DNA of 64,000 nucleotides from the NCBI GenBank assembly GCA_029261635.1, contig JAJDAW010000013.1, forward strand, positions 263 through 64,262, in the 5' to 3' direction. Source of the DNA: Nitrospinaceae bacterium. Lineage in GTDB: Bacteria; Nitrospinota; Nitrospinia; Nitrospinales; VA-1. Both the position numbers and the translations under genes were made by a program. How positions within the stretch are numbered: the first letter of the stretch is position 1; each line of letters begins with the position of its first letter. A model generated the notes under the pieces. The model made no database searches, was not told where the DNA came from, and worked only from the letters and a program-made list of their open reading frames with translations. Shown here in pieces: positions 57,527 to 64,000 of this stretch.

Positions 57527-57865
57527 CTAAATCTTATCGAGCTCATCCCGAATTGCATCTCTTAGCTCTAACTGTTCTTCTGAAGGAACGGTTCTAACGA
57601 CTTTCTGTGTTTGTGGGTCAATGACTTCAAGCACGACATCGTTGTTATCCGTAACCGAGAGTTTTCTTTGTTCAATACCAGCAGAGGTTGTTTTGCTGGA
57701 AGATGCTTTTTCCGGCTGAGCCAAATCCTGAGCTTCTTGCGACAAGCTAACTGTGTCCCCAGTTTGGGCAGATGTAGATTCTGCTGCGGAACGCGAGCTG
57801 GAAGCAGTCGGTTTTGGTTTTGGTGCTGTCGGATTTCCCGCATTATTTACGGCCTGGGTATCCAT
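57527..57865 (-). CDS. FlaG-like protein
   Basis: C-terminal DNNDVVLEVIDPQTQKVVRTVPSEEQLELRDAI resembles the FlaG family core; disordered N-terminus. Confidence 0.55.
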   Translation of the reverse strand: MDTQAVNNAGNPTAPKPKPTASSSRSAAESTSAQTGDTVSLSQEAQDLAQPEKASSSKTTSAGIEQRKLSVTDNNDVVLEVIDPQTQKVVRTVPSEEQLELRDAIRDELDKI

Positions 57866-58251
57866 GGTGTTACCTCTAATTTATTGAAAAACAACGTATT
57901 ACTCTCGCGAGCCTTTGGGTAATTCTTTTTTTGGCGCAGTGCCCGCATTCTTCTTAACGGTGACTTTAGGGGAAACTTTAGGCTTATTTCGTTTTTTTTT
58001 ATTAATATTGGAAGCCCTTATAAAACAATAAAAAATCAGAGGGGAGAGCAATTTTTCATATGTAATCTTAATTAAAGAATAAAACCTGAAAAAGGCTGGA
58101 GGGTGGAAAAACCCTGCGATAAGGTTTGAATTGAGCTTTTCAAGGGGTTATGATATCTCCTCCAAAAATATTGAATTTATTGTTATTTAAGGGATTTTTG
58201 CTGAGTTTTTGCCGATTGAGCGAGTTATCGACCCGGATTTAGAAAGAGAGT

Positions 58252-59991
58252 ATGAAAGAATTTCGAAAAATTTTGAAATATGCCAAGCCCTATACCAAAA
58301 GCCTGGTATTCGCTTTTATTTGTTTAACGCTGACTTCTTTAGTCAATCTGGTGTTGCCTTTGATTGTCCGTAATATGATCAATGCGGTAGTGGTTCTTAA
58401 AGATAGTCAGGTGCTCGACGGACATGCGTGGGATTTGCTTTTAATCATTCTCTTACAGGCCGTCTTTGCGGTTGTTCACAATTATGTTTTCGGATTTGTC
58501 GGGCATAGAATGACCACCGATTTTCGTATCGAATTCTTTTCCCACATTCAATCTTTGTCTCTGCGATTTTTTCAGAACCATCGCGTGGGAGAAATTCTTT
58601 CGCGGATGAGTAATGATATATCGGTTATCCAGAACGCTTTGGTTACCATTCCTGTAGCTTTGCTACGGCAAAGCATCACGCTCATTGGAGCCTTGGCAAT
58701 TATTTTATATCTGAACTGGAAGTTGACCGGCCTTATTCTGCTGATCCTTCCGCCATTAATGATTTTTGCCAGAGTGTTCGGGAAACGTTTAAGACAATTT
58801 TCTGAAAAACTTCAGGATCAGGTTGCCCAGGCAATCGTTGTGCTAGAAGAAGTTGCTTCCTCTATAAAAATTGTAAAATCATTTACCCGAGAAAACTATG
58901 AGCGTGACCGGTTCACGAACCAAATTGAAACCGCGTTCGAAAAAGCGGTCGACAAGCTGAAGATTTCATCGTTCTTCGGTCCTTTCATTCTTGGCCTTAC
59001 TTTTTTGGTATCAGCAGTTTTAATCTGGTACGGAGGCTATCAAGTGATGCTGGGAACAACGACACCGGGAGAATTAACCGCTTTTTTTCTTTATGCCTTG
59101 ATTGTCGCCGGGCCAATCGGAACCTTTGTTCGTCTTTATACTCAGATTCAGGAGGCATCGGGAGCGATAAGAAGAGTTTATGAAATTCTAGACACCCAGC
59201 CTGCTATTGAGAATCCTGACAACCCGATATTCTTGGAAAATATTAACGGACGTATCCAGTTCGACAATGTTTCTTTTGGCTACCGCGAAGAATCTGAAAT
59301 TTTACACAATGTAAGTTTTGATATCCAACCGGGGCAGACCGTTGCTTTAGTCGGGCCTAGCGGAGCGGGAAAATCGACAGTTATAAAATTATTGCACCGC
59401 TTCTTCGATGTCAGTCAAGGTAGCATCCGCTTAGATGGTCATAACATTCAAGAATTAGATCGTAAAAGCTTTCTCAGTCAGATTGCATTGGTTCCTCAGG
59501 AGACGCTACTGTTTGGTGGAACCGTGAAAGAAAATATACTCTACGGAAAACTGGATGCGTCGGAAGAAGAATTAGTGGAGGCTGCCAAAAAGGCAAATGC
59601 CCATGACTTCATTGTGGAATTGGAAAAGGGTTATGAAACCATAGTAGGGGAAAAGGGAGCCAAGCTTTCAGGGGGTGAGAGACAAAGAATTGCTATTGCG
59701 AGGGCTATCTTGAAAGACCCTAAAATTCTAGTGCTGGATGAAGCGACGTCTTCTTTGGACAATCGCTCAGAAGCTTTAATTCAAGAGGCTGTAGAAACGC
59801 TGATGCAAAATCGCACCACATTTATTGTGGCGCATCGACTCAGCACCATTCATCAAGCGGATCAGATTATAGTTCTTGAAAAAGGCAAGGTTGTTGAAAT
59901 TGGACAGCACGAAGAATTAATGAACAGCAAAAACCTGTATTACAATTTATATAAACTAAAAATGCAGGACCCCGTCACTCTAGGAGAATAG
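58252..59991 (+). CDS. ABC exporter, fused permease/ATPase (MsbA-like)
   Basis: 6-TM N-terminal domain, GPSGAGKST, LSGGERQRIAIARA, ILVLDEATS. Confidence 0.9.
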   Translation: MKEFRKILKYAKPYTKSLVFAFICLTLTSLVNLVLPLIVRNMINAVVVLKDSQVLDGHAWDLLLIILLQAVFAVVHNYVFGFVGHRMTTDFRIEFFSHIQSLSLRFFQNHRVGEILSRMSNDISVIQNALVTIPVALLRQSITLIGALAIILYLNWKLTGLILLILPPLMIFARVFGKRLRQFSEKLQDQVAQAIVVLEEVASSIKIVKSFTRENYERDRFTNQIETAFEKAVDKLKISSFFGPFILGLTFLVSAVLIWYGGYQVMLGTTTPGELTAFFLYALIVAGPIGTFVRLYTQIQEASGAIRRVYEILDTQPAIENPDNPIFLENINGRIQFDNVSFGYREESEILHNVSFDIQPGQTVALVGPSGAGKSTVIKLLHRFFDVSQGSIRLDGHNIQELDRKSFLSQIALVPQETLLFGGTVKENILYGKLDASEEELVEAAKKANAHDFIVELEKGYETIVGEKGAKLSGGERQRIAIARAILKDPKILVLDEATSSLDNRSEALIQEAVETLMQNRTTFIVAHRLSTIHQADQIIVLEKGKVVEIGQHEELMNSKNLYYNLYKLKMQDPVTLGE

Positions 59992-60054
59992 TGATATTTT
60001 TTGAGGACATACTAGTTAATATTTTCTTAATTATCTAGTATGCCCCCTATTTTC

Positions 60055-60465
60055 TTACTCTCCAGGATCGGCGCCAATTAGAAATCCGATTAAATGCGCT
60101 TTCTTTTCTGCATCGCCGCGATAATAGGTGCGGATAAGCCTTTGAATTAGTTCCGTCAAATTGGGATCTTCTCCATACGCTTCCAGTTCTTCATTAACGG
60201 CAGGCTCTTCGCCAGGAGCGTGCTGGGTTTTTCTGATAGGGCCTTTCCCAGTCAACAACCAGATGATATTCAGGTTCGTGTGTTGATACAATTTTGCGAT
60301 TGTATCCGCAGAGGGAAGAGATTTGCAATTTTCAATATCTGATAATGAACCTTGCGAAATCCTAATTAATTTCGCAAGTTGGTAAGATTTCAATGGAAGT
60401 GATTTTCTCCATTGTCGTAGCCGTACACCTAAAAATTTCGCTGTTCCAGATTTTATTTCTTGCAT
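60055..60465 (-). CDS. XRE-family helix-turn-helix transcriptional regulator
   Basis: LGVRLRQWRKSLPLKSYQLAKLIRISQGSLSDIENCKSLPSADTIAKL; start placed at internal ATG. Confidence 0.7.
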   Translation of the reverse strand: MQEIKSGTAKFLGVRLRQWRKSLPLKSYQLAKLIRISQGSLSDIENCKSLPSADTIAKLYQHTNLNIIWLLTGKGPIRKTQHAPGEEPAVNEELEAYGEDPNLTELIQRLIRTYYRGDAEKKAHLIGFLIGADPGE

Positions 60466-60710
60466 ATTTCGTATACCAATACTATAATTAATAATGCCCA
60501 ACTGCGCCCCGAACGTTATTGGCGTTAGACTAAAACCCAATTCTTAGTAGAAAAGGGTAACCTCATTGCTAGCCCTCAAAAAAAATAGTTAATTTGATAG
60601 GGCTTTATATCAGATAATCAGTGGGCAGCTAGCACTTTTCCAGTATCAATTATTCCCTCACCTGATTTAGCTATAGTTCCCGAAAAAAAGTTGTCCGTCA
60701 ATCTTTATTA

Positions 60711-60745
60711 ATAAAAAATGAGGAATTTTAGAGGTTAAATTCCTC
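60711..60745 (-). terminator. Rho-independent terminator of 60757..62433
   Basis: 9-bp perfect stem GAGGAATTT / AAATTCCTC, then T-run on the minus strand. Confidence 0.7.
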
Positions 60746-60756
60746 TATCGATAAGA

Positions 60757-62433
60757 CTACGGGTTATTCTGTGGTGATTTGGGGAGAAGAATTTGGAATA
60801 GCCCAATTATTTCCTTAAACCAATAATTTTCAACTAGATATTTATAAACATGGGGGGCATAGTTTTTCAGTCTCCTCTCCTCCTTGCCATCTATCGCAAT
60901 GTCAATGTAAATAACTATTTTGGGAGGCTCTGCTTTGAGAGTTTCTACCATTTCTAATTCCATATTTTCATCCAACATACCGGGCAAAACCCATTCATAC
61001 GGAGTTGGGTTAACGCGGTCCGTTAAAAAATAAAAAATGGGATTAAGTGGCAGAGCAAGAATAGGATCCCCTTTTTTTGAATACATATTTATTCGTTTTA
61101 CAACTTCATTTATCCACTTGGCTTCATTAGGGCTCGTCAGAGCATCTATTCTTTCCAGTTTTATTCTAGTGGTTGCGGGATGCATGGCCTTAACGTCTTT
61201 ATTGATAACCCAACCTCTTGCACCAATACTGCCTGCGTAAAACCCATGATGTGTATTCATTTCATAATAGAAGAGAAAAGGTAGAAAAACGATGAGCAGG
61301 CTTAAAGGAATGCGAGTGATTTTGGAATAGATTGGATTTTCTGACGCACTCTGAAATACAACTACTTTTTGCCAGATCTGAAATAGCAAATAACAAAATA
61401 GAATATAAAAAGGTGGAAGCGTTCTTAAAAGGTTGTCGAATCCGGCTCGCCAGATTACCAGTCCGAATGCACAAATACCAAAACCCACAATGGCGAGCAA
61501 ATGCAAATCGGAAGATGTCATTTTGCGTTTTTGTAAAATAAACCGTGACAGAATAATTACCAGCACAAACCCATAGACCCAAATGGGAAGATGGAATAAA
61601 ACTCTTTCGAAAAAATTATGATATCCCAGCTCATTATAAAGTTCAGGAAGGGGTAACAATTGTGGAAACGGATTTCCCCAAACCTGATGCGCATCCACAA
61701 CTATTTTGAAAACCTGATAAAAATATCCATCCTTTCCCAAGTTGAACAAAAAAAGTCCTGCCAGCACAATTCCTCCACCAGAAAGGTAAGCCATTTTTTT
61801 TGAGGAAAGATTACTGCTGTTTTTCAACCGGGTATCAGATGAATCATAAAAATATAATATTCCCAAGACGACCAGACTGATCAAAATTGAGAAGAGCGTT
61901 ACTTCAAATTTAAAGAAAGAACTTAGAAAAATTGCTGTTACCAGCCCAACCAAAGTTTTCAAGTTTCTTATTTCGATTGTCTTTGTAAGGAAATAGAGAG
62001 TCAGAACGACGAAGAAGGGATAAAACCGGTTGTAGTACATCGAAGGTGCCGAAAGCATGAATAAGGCTGCCAAAAATGAAAATCCGGCAGGCATTATTTT
62101 TCGACTAATCGAGTAAACCATTAAAATCATCGCGGGTGTCAACAACGCGACACCGATTCGCAGGCTTTGAATTTCTATCCCGAAAAGCTTGAAAAATAAT
62201 AGGCCGTACCAATAACGGCCGGGGAGGTAGCCATTGGGGTTAAAATCTATAAGTGCTCTCTCCCCGTTGAGAGTTCTTAGGGTTCCATTGGCATACCCCC
62301 CTTCATCCCAAATATTCAGTCCATATTGGGAAAAAGACAAAAAATAAGCCACCAGACCTGCATATATAATAAGAAGCAAGCCCCATTTTTTTCTAGGGGA
62401 TGAAAACGATTTTTCTTCAGATAACTTATCCAT
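60757..62433 (-). CDS. GT-C fold membrane glycosyltransferase (family 39/ArnT-like)
   Basis: About 12 TM segments, first-loop NIWDEGGYANG acidic motif, soluble C-terminal domain. Confidence 0.55.
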   Translation of the reverse strand: MDKLSEEKSFSSPRKKWGLLLIIYAGLVAYFLSFSQYGLNIWDEGGYANGTLRTLNGERALIDFNPNGYLPGRYWYGLLFFKLFGIEIQSLRIGVALLTPAMILMVYSISRKIMPAGFSFLAALFMLSAPSMYYNRFYPFFVVLTLYFLTKTIEIRNLKTLVGLVTAIFLSSFFKFEVTLFSILISLVVLGILYFYDSSDTRLKNSSNLSSKKMAYLSGGGIVLAGLFLFNLGKDGYFYQVFKIVVDAHQVWGNPFPQLLPLPELYNELGYHNFFERVLFHLPIWVYGFVLVIILSRFILQKRKMTSSDLHLLAIVGFGICAFGLVIWRAGFDNLLRTLPPFYILFCYLLFQIWQKVVVFQSASENPIYSKITRIPLSLLIVFLPFLFYYEMNTHHGFYAGSIGARGWVINKDVKAMHPATTRIKLERIDALTSPNEAKWINEVVKRINMYSKKGDPILALPLNPIFYFLTDRVNPTPYEWVLPGMLDENMELEMVETLKAEPPKIVIYIDIAIDGKEERRLKNYAPHVYKYLVENYWFKEIIGLFQILLPKSPQNNP

Positions 62434-62441
62434 TCAAGCTG

Positions 62442-63509
62442 TTATTCCGTCAGGTAGGAGCGCATTTCTTCAGCGAGTTTCTGATTTTCTTCCAGAATCT
62501 GCTCAAGATCCATTTCATCTTCGTCGGTAAGTTTTTCCTTGGACTTCATGATTCGATTAAACGAATTGTCCACAGTTTCGTGAGGGATTTTTCCGGTTTC
62601 TATTCCATCGATCATAGCATCTTGTAATCGGGTGACTTTATCAAGGTCGTGACAAATAAGAAACAGGTCAACGCCAGCGTTGATAGCTAAAGCAGGCAAT
62701 TCTTCAGGAGTTTGGGTTACTGCCTGCATTTCCAAATCATCAGACATGACCAATCCTTGAAAATGCATTTTCTTACGTAGCAAATCATTCAAAATGTATT
62801 TTGAAAATGTTGCCGCAGAGTGTTCATCCCAAGCGGGGTAAACTACATGCGCCGTCATTATTACCTCCAACCCTTCCCGAAAAGCTTGGTCAAAGGGAAT
62901 CAACTCAATTTTTTCTAGAGATTCTTGATTTCGCTCTACCCGTGGTAGAGTCAAATGCGAATCTTGCGAGGTATCGCCGTGTCCGGGAAAATGTTTGCCG
63001 ACCGGAAAAGTTCCAGCATCCTTGAATCCTTGAATTATCTTGCAACCCAATCGCGCAACGACTTCAGGATTAGAGCTTATAGCGCGTTTCCCGATAATGG
63101 GGTTTTCGGGATTGGAATGGACATCAAGAACCGGAGCGTAATCCATATTAATTCCCACGGCTTTCATTTCTTTGCCCATTGCCATTCCAAACCGATAGGC
63201 AAGGTCGCCGGAGTTTGCCTCTCCCAGACAGCACATAGGCGGGAATTGCGTGAAGGGCTCTTTCAATCTAGCCACGCGCCCCCCTTCCTGATCGACAGAT
63301 ATAAATAAAGACGGCGAATTTTTCGCAGTAAGGGACTGCAAATCTGCGATCAGTTTTTTAAGTTGTTTTGGGTTTTCGTAATTGCGTTCGAACAAAATCA
63401 GGCCACCAATGCCTTGCTCTGCAATTAGCTTTTCGGTCCGAGAATTGAGGCAGGTGCCCTCGAATCCGGAAACGATCATTTGACCTGTTTTATGTTTAAG
63501 TGATAACAA
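62442..63509 (-). CDS. nagZ: Beta-N-acetylhexosaminidase (GH3)
   Basis: DQEGGRVARL, KHFPGHGDT, SDDLEM motifs. Confidence 0.9.
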   Translation of the reverse strand: MLSLKHKTGQMIVSGFEGTCLNSRTEKLIAEQGIGGLILFERNYENPKQLKKLIADLQSLTAKNSPSLFISVDQEGGRVARLKEPFTQFPPMCCLGEANSGDLAYRFGMAMGKEMKAVGINMDYAPVLDVHSNPENPIIGKRAISSNPEVVARLGCKIIQGFKDAGTFPVGKHFPGHGDTSQDSHLTLPRVERNQESLEKIELIPFDQAFREGLEVIMTAHVVYPAWDEHSAATFSKYILNDLLRKKMHFQGLVMSDDLEMQAVTQTPEELPALAINAGVDLFLICHDLDKVTRLQDAMIDGIETGKIPHETVDNSFNRIMKSKEKLTDEDEMDLEQILEENQKLAEEMRSYLTE

Positions 63510-63655
63510 GTTAGGTTGGTAGTCGCAGATATAAAAGGGTACCCCAAAAACTCTCTTAACTGGGGGGCTTAGGGGGGTTAAACATTTCCTCTCTAGGCCT
63601 GCTATGTTAACATAAATTGTTAGCCCACATTCAATCAGAAAGCTGATTTCGATAT

Positions 63656-64000
63656 ATGCTTCGTAGAGTCGTTATAACTGGTTTGGGGGCAGTCAGCCCA
63701 AACGGAATAGGCCAGAAAAAATTCTGGGAAAATACTTGTAAGGGGATAAGTGGCATCGACCGCATTACAAGTTTTGATCCTGCAGATTTGGCTTGCCAAA
63801 TTGCTGGCGAGGTCACAAACTTCGATCCTTCTCTTTATTATTCTTCCGCAGATTTAAAAAAATTACCGCGCACCGTTCCTCTTGCCGTCGCCGCAACCCA
63901 GGAAGCCCTGGCGAATGCCGGAATTGATCTTGATTCCTTTTCGGAGGAAGATTTTGAATCACTCGGTGTGCTTGTAGGCAGTGGCGGTTCCGGCTTCGAT
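63656..64000 (+). CDS. fabF: Beta-ketoacyl-ACP synthase II, 3' end cut by window edge
   Basis: Hand translation MLRRVVITGLGAVSPNGIGQKKFWENTCKGISGIDRITSFD...VGSGGSGF. Confidence 0.85.
   Translation, partial: MLRRVVITGLGAVSPNGIGQKKFWENTCKGISGIDRITSFDPADLACQIAGEVTNFDPSLYYSSADLKKLPRTVPLAVAATQEALANAGIDLDSFSEEDFESLGVLVGSGGSGFD

Overview
This is a gene-dense, moderately AT-rich bacterial chromosomal window with about 60 supportable CDS and one tRNA-Leu(CAG). I recognised no rRNA, CRISPR array, transposase, integrase or phage structural gene. Most genes are housekeeping: prs-rplY-pth, hppA, an mqnA-like gene, hisG-hisI, RNA-modification enzymes (RluA family, Dus, TrmH family, mnmG), ribF, a tatA-family gene, apt, glyQ/glyS, ppdK, nagZ and the start of fabF. 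The gene content (futalosine-type MqnA, membrane pyrophosphatase, DUF4911, many TPR/GT-C envelope proteins) suggests a non-enteric lineage, perhaps Nitrospinota- or deltaproteobacteria-like. That cannot be settled from this window. The best leads are: (1) a scarred islet at 37.1-40.4 kb. It holds a diverged duplicate of the 3' end of the FG-GAP gene, a tandem pair of small, highly charged ORFs, and a DUF2075/Nhi-like nuclease-helicase gene bracketed by 23-bp perfect inverted repeats. (2) A membrane-anchored NB-ARC/TPR STAND NTPase sits antisense between glyQ and glyS. (3) An ExeA-like AAA+/peptidoglycan-binding protein carries an HPD-less J-like domain and is paired with a GspB-like protein. 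(4) A REP/MITE-like element family (hairpin plus CAATAGGTC core) follows many genes and supplies the stop codon of three ORFs. (5) A sensor kinase is interrupted by one in-frame TAG. (6) There are three tandem TMTC-like TPR glycosyltransferase paralogs. (7) A GT4 / radical-SAM-SPASM / GT2 / methyltransferase cluster is present. (8) A Fur-box-like site lies next to a SmbP-like His-rich protein. (9) A split phosphonopyruvate-decarboxylase-like enzyme has no PEP mutase nearby. All family assignments rest on motif recognition by eye and need HMM or BLAST confirmation.
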